Source: Felis catus (Eukaryota). Taken from it: a stretch of 64,000 nucleotides of DNA. Positions 1 to 13,251 of this stretch are shown piece after piece. The translations under genes were made by a program, and so were the position numbers. The notes below the pieces were generated by a model that worked only from the letters and a program-made list of their open reading frames with translations, searched no databases and was not told the DNA's origin. The stretch lies in assembly GCF_018350175.1 (NCBI RefSeq), contig NC_058368.1:222706001-222770000 (forward strand). Direction: 5' to 3'. Each line of letters starts with the position of its first letter. The stretch's first letter is position 1.

Positions 1-560
1 TCCGTTATTGACAACCTCACCAAAATGTGTACTGTTTTTTGAAATATTAGTTAAGAGTATATGTATTTTATTGATGAAGTAGCTATAAGTACATTAGAGA
101 TAAATATGGAAAAAAATATGTTATCTAAGAGTAGAAACCACTGGTCTTTATGATTTCCAATTGAGTAAACAATCAATGATTTTAATAAAAAATAAGTTAA
201 AATAGTACATGTATGGGGACAGCACAAGATGGCAGCACAGAGAGATTCTGAGCTCTCCACCTCCCACAGACACACCAAATCTACAACTACATATAGAACA
301 AGTCTGTCTGAAAAACATGTGAAAACTAGCTGAACAGCTCCTTCATAACAAAGGACAAAAAGGCCACATCCAGACTGGTAAGAGAGGCAATGATGCAGTA
401 TTACCAAGAACCCACCCTTCGCACAGCAACTCACAAGCGAAGGGGTTTCTCAAATATGCAGCGTGTCCCTGAGGAGTGAGGGGCTCAAGCCCCATGTCAG
501 CTACCCTAAACCTTAGTCCCTGTGCTAGACAGATGAGCTTATAAAACTTCTGTCTTTGAT

Positions 561-788
561 GGGGCGCCTGGGTGGCGCAGTCGGTTAAGCGTCCGACTTC
601 AGCCAGGTCACGATCTCGCGGTCCGTGAGTTCGAGCCCCGCGTCAGGCTCTGGGCTGATGGCTCAGAACCTGGAACCTGTTTCCGATTCTATGTCTCCCT
701 CTCTCTGCCCCTCCCCCGTTCATGCTCTGTCTCTCTCTGTCCCAAAAATAAATAAACGTTGAAAAAAAAATTAAAAAAAAAAAAAAAA
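561..788 (+). mobile_element. Young feline SINE (SINEC_Fc-type) in the L1 5' UTR
   Basis: GGGGCGCCTGGGTGGCGCAGTCGG head with CpGs intact, CT tract, AATAAA, poly(A); perfect TSD aaaacttctgtctttga at 543-559 and 789-805. Confidence 0.97.
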
Positions 789-1289
789 AAAACTTCTGTC
801 TTTGAAAACCAATGAAGATTATGTCCAGAAGACCCAAAAGACTATAGGGAAAAAAAAAAAAAAAAAAAAAAAAAACTGTAGGAAATTTAAAGAGCTCTGA
901 CCATTATCACCCAATGTAGAAGCCAGGACGAAAGCAGAAGGTTGAAAATTATCTAGACTATATGTGAAATAGATTTACTGGCTAAACTTAAAGCATCTGC
1001 CTGAAGGACATGGGTCTGTCAGACATCTCTCTGGGGTCATAGGCACTGGTGGACATCATTTCTGTACTCTCCTTCTAGACAGCTGACTGAAATATACCCA
1101 CAGTCTTCCTGTAACTACTTCAAAACAGGGAAAGGTAACTGCTTTGCCTAATACATAGAAATAAACACTGAGATTCAAGCAAAATGAAGAAAAAGGACTA
1201 TGTTCCTAATGAAAGAACAAGATAAAACCCAGAAGAAAAAACTTCATGAAACAGGGATAAGTAATTTACTGGATAAACAATTCAAAGTA

Positions 1290-1440
1290 GGAGTTCCTGG
1301 GTCGCTCAGTTGGTTAAGTGTTCAACTTTGGCTAAGTTCATGGTCTCGTGGTTTGTGAGTTCAAGTCCCTCATTGGGCTTTCAGCACATAGCCAACTTCA
1401 GATCCTCTTTCTCCTTCTATCTATTCCCCTCCCCTGCTCG

Positions 1441-1480
<40 letters not shown>

Positions 1481-1501
1481 AATAAACATTAAAAAAAAAA
1501 A
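1290..1501 (+). mobile_element. Can-SINE in L1 ORF1
   Basis: Degenerate head, (CT)n, AATAAA, poly(A); TSD-like ttcaaag(t/c)a. Confidence 0.9.
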
Positions 1502-4233
1502 GAGTTCAAAGCAATGGTCCTAAATATGTTCAATGATCTTGGGAGAAGAACAGATGAACACAGGGAGACTCTCAGTAAAGGTATAGAAAATATAAGAAAA
1601 TACCAAACAGAAGTCATGAAGCTGAAGAATATAATAACTGAAAATTACACTAGAGAGTTTCGACAGCAGACTAGACAAAGCAAAAGGAAAGATGAGTAAC
1701 CTGGAAGACAGGGCAGTGGAACTCACCCAAACAGAGCAGCAAAAAGAAAACAAATAACTTAAAGAAGAGAAGATGGCTTAAAGGACCTGTAGGATAACAT
1801 CAAACAGAAAAAAGAAAACAAAACAAAACAAAACATTTGCACAATAGGGGCCCAGAAGGTGAAAAGAGAGAGAAAGGAATAGCAAACATATTTGAAGAAA
1901 AAAAATGGCTGAAAATTTCCCTAACCTGGGGAAGGAAGAAGGCATATGAGTCCAAAAAGCCCAGAGTTCCAAAATAAATAAATAAATAAATATTTGTATC
2001 AAGATGGATTATTATTAGAGTGTTAAAATGTAAATATAAACACAGAATCATAAAAGCAGCAAGAGAAAAATAACTTGTTATGTAGGACAGATTCCCTGTA
2101 ACATTATGCAGGTTTCTCAGCAGAAACTTTGCATACCAGAGGGAGTGACATGATATGTTAAAAATGCTAAAAGCATAAACTTCCAACCAGGAATATTCTA
2201 TTGGGCAGTGTCATCATTCAGAATTGAAGAAGAAATAAAGTTTCCAAGCAAGCAAAATCTGAAGGAGTTCACCACCACTAAGCAGGCCTTATAAGAAATG
2301 TTAAAGAGACTTCTTTAAACTGAAAAAAAAGGCACTATTTGATAACAAGAAAATGTAGGAAAGTAAAAATCTCACTGGCAAAAGTAAATATACAGTAAAG
2401 GTAAAGAAGTAATCACTTATACAGCTAGCAAGAAGGTCATAAGACCAAAGTAGTGAAATTAAACTACAGCAATTAGTTAAGGGATACACACAATAAAAAT
2501 ATGTAAAATGTGACACTGAAAACAAAAATTGTGGAGTGGAGGAGTAAAAAGGAGGTAGTGTTTTAGAATGTGCTCAAATTTACCTGATTGTCAACTGAAA
2601 TTAGACTTAGACTAGTATATATAAAGACTGGTACATGTAAGCTTCCTCGTAACCACAAAGCAAAATTTTATAGTAGAGCAATTAGAGATAATGGAAATGG
2701 AATCTAAACATAAAGAAAGGCATCAGACTATAAGGAAAGAGCAAGAGAAAATGAAAGGAAGAGAGTATAACTAGAAAACAACACAAAGACAATAAAGACA
2801 TAAGTACTTACCTATTTATAATTACTTCATATGTAAATAGACTAAGTTCTCCAATCAAAAGATATAGTGTAGCTGAATTAATAATAAAAAAAGACTCATC
2901 TATCTGTTGCCTAAAAGAGACTTACCTGACATATAAAGACCCACCCAGAATGGAAGTGAAGGGATGAAAAAAAGTGTGTCATATAAATGGAAACCAAAAG
3001 AAAGCTGGTGTAACTATACTTACATCAGACAAAGTAGACTTTAAAATGAAGACTATAATAAAATGAAAATCTGGGCATAAGTAATGATAAAGGGGTATAT
3101 TCTTCAGGAAGATAAAATATTTGTAAATATATTTACACCTGGCATGAGAACACTTAAATATGTAAAGGGAATGTTAACAGACATAATAGGAGAAATAGAC
3201 ATGAAGACAATGATAGTAGGAGACTTTCACACCCCACTTATGTCAATGGATAGATAACCCAGACAGAAAATCCATAAGGAAACATAGGCTTTACACAACA
3301 CATTAGACTGTATGAACTTAATAGTTGAATACAGAACACTCCACCCAAAGCAGCGAAAGACACATTCTTCTCAGTGCACATGAAACATTCTCTAGGATAG
3401 ATCATATGCTAGGCCACAAAACAAGTCTACACAAATCATCTCAAGCATCTTTTCAGATCAAAACAGTATGAAACAGAAAATCTGTCACAGAAAGAAGACC
3501 GAAAGTTCACAAGTATGTAGAGAGTGAACAACATACTACTATGAAGCCAGTGAGTTAATGAAGAAATTAAATGGGGAAAAATAGCTGAAGACATTTTCAC
3601 CAATTTATATTGCCAGAACAATTAAGCCAGAAAAGGAAATAAAAGGCTTTCAAATTGGAAAGGAAGAATTTGCAGATGACATGATATTATATATTGAAAA
3701 TCCTGATGACTCCACAAAAAACAAAACAAACAAACAAACAAACAAAAACTCTAATAAAATCAGCAGTTAGAGCAAATAAAACTAATAAAAATAGAACTAA
3801 TAAAATCAGCAAAGTTACAGGATTTATAATCACTTACAGAGATCCGTTGCATTAATAATGATGTAGCAGAAACAGAAATTAAAAAAACAAACAAACAATT
3901 GCATCACAAAGAATAAAATACCTAGGAATAAATTTAGCCAAGGAGGTGAAAGACCTGTATACTGAAAACTCTAAGACACTGATGAAAGATATTGACAAAG
4001 AAACAAATACATGAAAAGATACTCTGTGCTCCTGGATTTGTAGCACCGATATTGTTTACCCAAAGCAATCTGTAGATTCAATGCAAGCCTAATCAAAATT
4101 TCAAGGGTGTTCTTCACAGAAATAAAACAAATAATCCTAAATGTTGTATGGAATCACAAAATATCCTGAATAACCAAATCAATCTTGATAAGGAAGAACA
4201 AAGCTGGAGGCATCACACTTTCTGATTTCAATT

Positions 4234-4444
4234 TTTTTTTAACATTTATTTACTATTGAGAGACAGAGAGAGACCGAGCATGAGCAAGGGAGGGGCAGAG
4301 AGAGAAGGAGACAAAGAACCCAAAGCAGGCTCCAGGCTCTGAGGTGTCAGCACAGAACCCGAGGCGGGGCTGGAACTCACAAGCCACAAGATCATGATGT
4401 GAGCCAAAGTCAGATGCTTAACCAACTGAGCCACCCAGGTGCCC
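4234..4444 (-). mobile_element. Can-SINE in L1 ORF2
   Basis: TSD ctgatttcaatt at 4222-4233 and 4445-4456. Confidence 0.95.
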
Positions 4445-4849
4445 CTGATTTCAATTATATTACAAACCTGTAGTATTCAATACAGTATAGAATTGGCCCC
4501 AAAAGATCAATGGACAAGAATAGAGAGCCAGAGATAAACTCACACATATATGGTGCATTAATTTACTACAAAGGAGGCAAAAGTATTCACGTGGGAAAGG
4601 ACATTTTTCAGTAAGTGATGTTGGGAAAACCAGACAGCTACATGCCAAACAGTCAATCTCAACTGCTATCTCCCCATACACAAGATTTTACTCAAAATGG
4701 ATTAGAGACTTCTAAAACTCCTCAAAGAAAACATGGGAAGTAAGATCAGTGACCTTTCACTTGCTGAGATATATATTTGAATCTGACTCCAAAGGCAATG
4801 GCTAAAATAAACAAGTGGGACTACTTCAACCTGAAAGGCTTCTGCACGT

Positions 4850-5054
4850 GGGTGCCTGGGTGGCTCCGTTGGTTAGACATCCAACTTTGGACATTGGCTC
4901 AGGTGACGATCTTGCAGTCCTGAGATGGAGTCCACTGAGTGTGGAGCCTGCTTGGGATTCTCTCCCTTTCTCTTACCCCTTCCCCACACATGCTCTCTCT
5001 CTCTTTCTCTCAAAATAAATACATTAACATTTTCTTTTAAATAAAAAAAAAAAA
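4850..5054 (+). mobile_element. Can-SINE (first of three in tandem)
   Basis: GGGTGCCTGGGTGGCTC head, CT tract, A tail. Confidence 0.92.
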
Positions 5055-5056
5055 TA

Positions 5057-5291
5057 GGCTCACCTTGGTGGCTCAGTCAGTTAAGCTACCGACATCAGCT
5101 CAGGTCATGATCTCAGGCTGGTGGGTTTGAGCCCCATATCAGGCTCTGTGCTGGCAGCTCAGAGCCTGGAGCCTGCTTTGGATTCCTTGTCCTCCTCAGT
5201 CTCTCTCTGCCCCTCCCCAACTCGTGCTCTGTCTCAGTCTCTCAAAAATAAATAAAATGGAAACAACATATTTTAGTAAAAAAAAAAAAAA
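5057..5291 (+). mobile_element. Can-SINE (second of three)
   Basis: SINE body directly after the previous A tail. Confidence 0.92.
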
Positions 5292-5296
5292 TTAGT

Positions 5297-5535
5297 GGCC
5301 CCTGTGTGGCTCAGTCAGTTAAGCATCTAACTTTGGCTCAAGTCATGATCTCACAGTTTGTGAGTTCGAGCCCTGCGTCAGGCTCTGTGCTGACAGCTCG
5401 GAGCCTGGAGACTGCTTCGGATTCTGTGTCTCCCTCTCTCTGCCCCTACCCCACTCGCACTCTGTCTGTGTTTCTCAGAAAGAAATAAACATTAAAAAAA
5501 ATTGTAAAAAAACTTAAAAAATAAAAAAAAAATTA
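5297..5535 (+). mobile_element. Can-SINE (third of three)
   Basis: SINE body; the whole stack is flanked by TSD aaa(g/a)gcttctgcac at 4834-4847 and 5536-5549. Confidence 0.92.
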
Positions 5536-5650
5536 AAAAGCTTCTGCACAATGAAGGAAACTGTCAACAAAATAAAAAGGCAACCTACCGAATGGGAGAA
5601 CATATTTGCATATTCTGTATCCAATAAGGAGTTAATGTCCAAAATAGGTA

Positions 5651-5681
<31 letters not shown>

Positions 5682-5770
5682 CAAAAACAAAACAACACTC
5701 ATTAACTCAATAAAAACAATCAACAATCCAATTAAAAAAATGGGCAGAGAATCTAAATAGACATTTTCCA

Positions 5771-5989
5771 GGGGCATCTGGGTGGCTCAGTCGATTAAGA
5801 GTCCAACTGTTGTTTTTGGCTCATGGTTTCATGGTTCATGGGTTTGAGCCCTGCTTGAGGCTCTGGGCTAACAGTGCGGAGCCTAGTTGAGATTCTCTGT
5901 CTCTCCCCCTCTGTTTCTCTCCCTCTACCCCTTCCCTGCTTGTGCTCACTCTTTCTGTCAAAATAAGTAAATACATTTAAAACTTAAGA
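5771..5989 (+). mobile_element. Can-SINE in L1 ORF2
   Basis: GGGGCATCTGGGTGGCTCAG head, CT tract; degenerate TSD aaat..acatttt. Confidence 0.92.
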
Positions 5990-8661
5990 AAATGAACATT
6001 TTTCAAATAAAACATACAGATGGGCAACAGGCACATGGAAAGATGCTCAACGTTTCTAATCATAAGGGAGGTGCATAGCAAAATGGCGATGAGAGGTCAT
6101 GCCTGTCAGAATAGCTATTATCAAAACAACAAGAAATATTAAGTGTTGGTGAGAATGTGGAGTAAAGGGAAACTTCCTGCACCTTTGGTGAAATGTAAAT
6201 GGATATAGCCACTGTGGAAAACAGTATGGATGTTCCTTAAAACACTAAGAATACAACTACCACATGATCCAGCAATTCCACTTCTGAATATTTATCCAGA
6301 GTAAATGAAAATGCTACTTCTTAAAGTCATTTGCACCTCCGTGTTCATTCTAGTATTATTTATAATAGTCAAGATAATAAAACAACCGTAGTATCTTTTG
6401 ATAGATGAATGGATAAAGATGATATGGTATGAATTTACAATGGAATACTACTCAACCGTAAAAAGGAATTAAATCTTGCCACTTGTGACAATATGGATGT
6501 ACCTAGAGGACATTACAGTAACTGAAATTTAAAAAAAAATGTAACATAGAGAAAGACAAATAAGGTACGATTTAACTTGTGCGGAATCTATAAAGCAAAT
6601 GAACAAACAGCAAAACCAGACTTACTGGTGTATAAAACAGACTGGTGGTTGCCAGATGGGAGAGAGGTCAGAGGGTAGGGAAAGCGGGAACAGATAGAAG
6701 TCATGGGGATGTCACATACTGCGTGATGACTACAGTCAATAATCCTGTATTACGTATTATGTAATATATATATACAAATTGGGAAACCATACTTGTTGTG
6801 GCAAACATTTCACAATACATGGGAATATTGAATCATTATATTGTACACCTGCAATTTATATAATGTTATGTCAATTGTATCTTGGTTTTAAAAGAATTAC
6901 ATTTATTAAATAGTACATTTAGTTACAAGTGGTTATTGTTCAGCCTATGAATATGTACCTGAATCCGAGAGAACTATTGGTAACCTGTTTATTATGTAGA
7001 GAACTGAATTTGGAATGAGCTGTATCCCTTTCTTAACCAACGTTTTTATAACTATACCAAAGCACCAAATCACAAATCATCACTACTATACTGTAGCAAA
7101 GAATCACACTTTAGTGAGGTTAAAATGAATTTTCTACGAGCCTCGGTAACATTGGTTGTATCGGATTTTTTTCAAGTGCATTGGCTAGATAAGAAAGGTT
7201 TATTTTATATAGGTGGAATATCGTAATAATTTATAAAATTTCAATACAAAGAAGATGAATTTTAACTAAAACCATATAAATTACCACAACTTAGCCTGTC
7301 CATACACGCCGACGTGGTTTCTCTCCCTCTTTCCTTTTCTTCCTCTTCTCCCTGTCTCTGTCATGTACAGGCAAACACACACTTTTTTTTTTTAAGAATA
7401 GGAATATACAACATTTAAGGGTTAGAATACTTGCCCATGTTTCCATTGTAATATTCTTAGATGAATTATTTGATATGAATTAATTTCCCTGTTTAGAGTA
7501 CATTGAATGGTCAACTGCAGCCCAGTTCATCTCTACAGTAATTATAATGCAAAGGATCCGAACATGGGTTGAGCTAAACTCAGAATTACAGAGGGTCAGC
7601 ACACAGCCAGTGACCAGAGGGAAAGAAGTGCCTGAGAACATGCTGATTTCTCAGCCAGCATTCTTCACAGGTTTATAGACCGATACAAATGTCAATTCAG
7701 CTGATGGCAAAGAACAAGAAGACATTTGCAAAAGGAATGCATGAGGAAACTTGCTTTCTGCAAACATTTTTCTCAAATTAGTAAAAATGAAAGTTTTCAG
7801 CAACATACCCCTTGAAAAGTGGTTGGGATGAGATTACAAAGGCAGTGGCTCTCTTGCACAAGACGTGCCACGTTAAGGAACTGCAGAGAAATGAACGTCA
7901 GTATATTAAAATGGGGGATTATGAAGATGTTCTTCAATTCTTACATCTTGCGCTTTCATGCCTAGCATGAAAACAAGGCAAATGGCTACTTCAAAGAAGG
8001 TAAAACATAAAAAGATTGATTCATTGGCAGCATATTAATCACTATTGAGTTAGAGGTCATACTCAACAGAGTTATTGATATGACTGTGAGGGCCTTCATT
8101 TTTATTCCTCAACACGCTTTACACAAGAGTTACGAGTGTGTGCACATTAATTAGAAATAAGATTCTTTTAAATCATGAATCATGTCTGTAATGAAAAACA
8201 CTTCATGAAAGGTTTGAGCCTTATCCTAGAACATCTGTTCAGAAACAGACTTTTTTTAACATTAATTTATTGGTCCCGAAAGGTTCTGGAAATGGAAAAT
8301 AAGGTGCTTTCTAGCCTTAAGGGAAGGATAAAACATTTCAGATTCATCTTGTGCTGCCTCACATTAATATTATTCAACTTTCAAATGCAAAAAAAAGAAA
8401 AAAAAAACTCCATCTGGTTCCCTTTGGATAATCCATATATTATCTTCACTAGTACAAATATGTAAAGGCTTTGTTGCTTAAGAAATATATTCAGAAGCAG
8501 TGAACTATAATTAAAGACAAGGCATATAACCCACAGTTGAACCGGTCCTTCTTATCTTTATCACTTAAATCGTATCAATATATATTTATTGACCTTTGAT
8601 AGTAACTGCTGGGCAGAGCAAAAAGGAGAGGAACACCCAGTTATTGATGGCAAATGGCTTA

Positions 8662-9075
8662 TGTGCTTTATTGGTTTGCTAGGGCTGTTCTAACAAGATA
8701 CTATAGATGGGCTCGCTTAGGCAACAGAAATGTGTTTTCTCACAGCTCTGGAGGGTGGAAGTCTAAGTTCAAGCTGTTGGACACTTTGGTACCTCCTTAG
8801 GTGTCTCTCCTTGGCTTACAGATGGTTGACTGCTCCCCGTGTCTTCACAAGCTTCGCCTTCAGTCCTTGCATACTTCTGGTGTCTCTTCCAGTGTCAGAA
8901 TTTCTACCTCTTACAAGAACTTGAGTCACACTGGATCAGGAACCACTCTGAAGACATCATTTAATTTAGTCACCTCTTTTAAGATCTTGTCTCCTAATAT
9001 GGTTAAATGCTGACGTACTGAGGGATTAGGACTCCAACATGTGGATTTTGAGGGGCCACAGTTCATCCTGTAACA
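8662..9075 (-). mobile_element. MaLR solo LTR (MLT1A/B/C-like)
   Basis: tttgctagggctg..aacagaaat..ctcacagctctggagg..gaagtc; ends ggccacagttcatcctgtaaca. Confidence 0.88.
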
Positions 9076-12000
9076 CATCTTGATTGTTTATAGAGTCAAC
9101 CACACTGAGTAGAATTGTTGATTCAAAGAGGTTTCTTTCCAGGTGTTATTAATTAGTTCCATTGTCAAAAATTAAATTGTATGAACATTAAAAAGAAGTA
9201 AGCATGGCATTTCTGTAACTTATGCAAATTCTCATCCACCCTTGCCAATATAAGGACCTTGTTCCAGAAATCATCTTCCCTCTCTGGTTCCCTGGTGTGT
9301 TTCCAACCAGACTGCCAACTTCTTAGGTCTTACTGTTAGAGAATTGAGATATTTACATTTTGTACATGTAATACTTTCCTAAAAACTGTGCGAAGTTTAT
9401 AAGAGCCTTAGAAGCATGGGTTATACCTTAAATATTTATAGACTCAGGATGAATTCCAAGTCAGTAAAATACAGGAGACCATCATTTATTGAATATTTAC
9501 CAATATCCAGACTTTCAGATTTAAATTTTTTGCCTGCTTTGCATTTCAAATCACTTGGTAATAATTACTGGTCAAGGGAATCAGTGATGTTTTTACAGAA
9601 AATCATGTTGTTTTATCTGGAATATTAATATACTCACTAAAATGCTCATTAAGTAGATGCATGATAACTTCTACTTCTAGGAACAAAATTCATTTGTAGA
9701 TGCTGTTTGATTATTCACTGGACCCTTTTATATGTTATGTCATCATGACCTCTTATGGAAAGGAAAATACGTATAAACAAATAATTTTTATAGTTTTATG
9801 CTTTCTCTCTATCTATTCATGTCAAATTAGTAGTTTTAGAATAAACTATTAGTAAATGAAATACATAATAGAATATAATGCTAGTTAATTCAGTTGGTTG
9901 TATTCTAGTCCCCAATAATGTAGCAATCATCAAAGAGTAAATATTAATCATAATCAGGATTATTTGACATAATTCCTAGAATTAGTGAATGATATATGTA
10001 ATTTTTCTTTCTCACAATCAAAGAATAGAAATGTGCTTTAAAGTTCATAGATTTGTGTTAAATTCCTACACTGCGCGACATCATCTGCTAAGCATTGAAC
10101 TATGGTATCGATGAACTTTGTAGAGAAAGGATAATTAATCACACTCGAATTATTTTCATTTGAAAATAAACAGTTGCTCAACACCTTTTGGAATAAATGC
10201 AATTTCAAATTCTATTTTCTGTCTCTACAGAGTTCAGAAATCTTGATGGTAAACTGAAAAGAAAGCAAGAGAATGCATCAGTATATAAGAATTATTATAA
10301 ATATTCATAGAAATTCATAGTCCTATACATTTCATATCTGCTTCTGATTTTATAACAGGCTAATGTGAAAACCAAAAAAAAAATTAAGATGTAGAAAAAA
10401 ATACATGACCTAACCTCCAGTTCGTTAAATCTCTCTACTCTCTCCCTGCTGCCTTCTTAGCCCCAGAATCCCCTATACATTCTTTCTATTTCCCAATGAA
10501 TGACAACTGCTTAATTTGAAAAGTGGGGCCAAGTTATTTTTATGGAAATCATTTTCCTTAGTACCTCTCTTCTGCCCTATGTTTGTTTCCATTCCCTCAG
10601 AACCTGGTGTATTGTTTCCAGTAAATTATGTCACGTATGTATTTTCCATTTCATTCTTAGATGTTTACTCTGTTATGTTTTATAAGATTATAAAAGTCTT
10701 TCCAAACTAGTTTTTCAACACTCCATGGTTTTTCCAAGCCCGTTGAATTCCTGTGCATATAGAAAATCACTAAAGAAATGAAAATGTGTTAATGTAAAGT
10801 TGTCAATGGTGAACTTCTCCACAGCTAATCCTGTTTTTCATTAGTGTTCCACAAAATGCAAGAACTCCAAATTCTAATGGAGCCATCATTATGAGTATTG
10901 CAAGCCTCTTAAAATTATCACTCACTGTTAAATATTTAATTTTATGATGATATTAATACTGATATCCCATATGTCAAAAAATTTGAAAATAATAACTTTG
11001 AGTTCTGTTGAGCCCGTTGCGTTAAAGGCCTAATGACAAATTAACTGAAATGAACATGCCAGTCGTTAAAGTCACTCAGTGGCTATCAATCTGGATCTTA
11101 ATATGTTTAATTATGTTAATGCCAGTCAATTAGTCAAGCGGCTTAGCTCCATCTATTTCCTGGCTCTGCTGATGTTAGTATTGTAAATGTTTATATATGA
11201 GAAAGTGAGAAGTCTGCCAGTAGCCATCAAAGGAAAACATAGAACTATCATTGGCTTGAAAGACAGATTTTTTATGTACTTTGGGAAAACTGCTAACTTC
11301 AGCATTAAAGAAGTGTATTAGTAGTCATTCTCCAAGCTATATATGAAAAGAAGTTCAAAGGCATTCTTTAACACACTGCTGGCCAACATTTCCTACATGT
11401 ATCTGATTAGCTAAATAATCCTAGTGTTAAAGGTTAGGTTTGTTTGGAGTTAAAAAAAAATCTGTAAAATGGGAGTCATTGGGTTTTATTCAATAGAATA
11501 AAGCATATCAATAGCAGACAGCCATGAGTGTATGAGTGCAATTTACATGTTACGTCTCTACAGGAAAGAGGGATGGAAATGGAAGCTTAGAAAACAAATT
11601 AGTGGACAGATGACCAAGAGAAGTGTCAAGTTTGCTTCCTTGGCATAAAACTAATGTATTCCTTGAATAGTTCCTCTCAGCAGCATATAGGAGTAAGTGA
11701 TCACGACTCTGGTTTTCTTTTTCTCTTACCTTAGTTTTTTAATTGGTTACTTGCTCCTTTCCATCTTCTTCCCCTGTCAAACGCTGCCACTGGGAAGATT
11801 TAGATTCTAGGTCAGACTGAATACAATTGCATAGATGTGCAATTCAGACTCATTCATCGGTTCACATTTTCAACAAGTATCTATTCATTTCATCTTTGGT
11901 TCTGTTAATGTTCCTTCAAAAAGTCCTTATTGGGCGTGTATATATGCTACATAGTATGTTAGACCCAAGGATTTCCTACTTTTACATTGCGGCTTCTTTT

Positions 12001-12395
12001 CCCTATTTATAAATGTTGCTATTTTCCTAGTCCCCCCCCTCACTTCCCAACTTGAATATTAGTGCTTCTTTGGCATTTAGTCATCTTCAAGGAAATTATT
12101 CAGGATGAAATATCCATGAAGTATGAGAGAGTGCATGAAGACAATGCCCAGCTAATTTCAAATCACCAAAGAAAAACTTTACAGTGTATAGAATAGCCAG
12201 CTATTTATAGTGAATAAGACATCTGAAAACACAATTGAAATAATAAAAATCTTTTATTCTTTTCACTTGTCACTTTAACGTTCCCTGATGTTTACTAATT
12301 CTGTGTTTTATTGAACAATGTACCATCTTACTGGGTCAACACAAGGCCAAGGATGTTATATGGTAAGGCCTAAGAGTGCAATAAACTTGTGCTAA

Positions 12396-12396
<1 letters not shown>

Positions 12397-12442
<46 letters not shown>
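12397..12442. repeat. (CA)n microsatellite
   Basis: Perfect CA run. Confidence 0.98.
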
Positions 12443-12444
<2 letters not shown>

Positions 12445-13251
12445 ATTTATGTAGTCAACACTTAAATATATCACTTATATACAAAATAAACCTTGTCAAG
12501 CATCATCAAAACAAATACCAAAGTCGCTGCTCTCTAAACTTCATACTGGACCCAAGGGATAAGATTTTGACTTTTTTTTAAATTATAATGATGGTACATG
12601 ATATTGGTATTATAGTGATAAAGAAGATAAACTAGCAAAACTGATCTTAGATACTGATGCTTTATCCATGCTGATTTATTATAACAGTTCTATTACTCTA
12701 TGTGTGATATTGGGCATGCAATTTACCTCTGTCAGCCCGTTTGGTTATGTGAGTCATCCTGTTAAGAAATATTCTGAGAAAACACTAGTCAAACATGATG
12801 GAAAATTATGAGAATACACAGGTTGAGCATTTTGCAAATGAAGACGGTGAAATATATTGAAAAGTAGCTAAAAAATACATTGAGGGTGTGGGAAGAATTT
12901 ATTGAGATTGGAGAGGCTTGGACATGTCTATATACATTTGAAAAGAAAACAATAAAGGGGAATAATTAAACTCAAAATTTCCCATTCTACCTACCTTTTA
13001 GTACTTTACCATTAGAGAAAATGCATCCAATAGCATTATATAAATACCTAAAATACCACATAAATACCATGATAAATTTTATCATTATTATCACCATGAT
13101 GAATTCCCCCAGTATATATTTGTGTATTGAATGACTATGTTTACAGTACTCTGATTGAATTCCAGATAAGCTTTTGAATTTCTTTTTCTTTTTTTTTTTG
13201 GTACAGAAGTATTAGGGGTTTAAAATACGCCAATTTGTTGCACCAACTTTT

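Larger units (their letters stand above)
215..6907 (+). mobile_element. Near-full-length degenerate LINE-1 (old eutherian/carnivoran subfamily), internally deleted in ORF2
   Basis: 5' end GGGGAC..AAGATGGC; decayed ORF1 ~1180-2320; ORF2 endonuclease start ~2800 (YL.IIT..VN.L.SPIKR); RT motif FADDMILY ~3669; 3' UTR to ~6890; TSD aaatagtacat(g/t)ta at 200-213 and 6908-6921. Confidence 0.92.

Noticed and set aside
561..640. tRNA-like A/B boxes as tRNA genes
   Set aside because: These are the tRNA-derived heads of Can SINEs.
7794..7970. Open frame ..GWDEITKAVALLHKTCHVKELQRNERQYIKMGDYEDVLQFLHLALSCLA*
   Set aside because: Weak acceptor, no recognised homology, and length within chance expectation.
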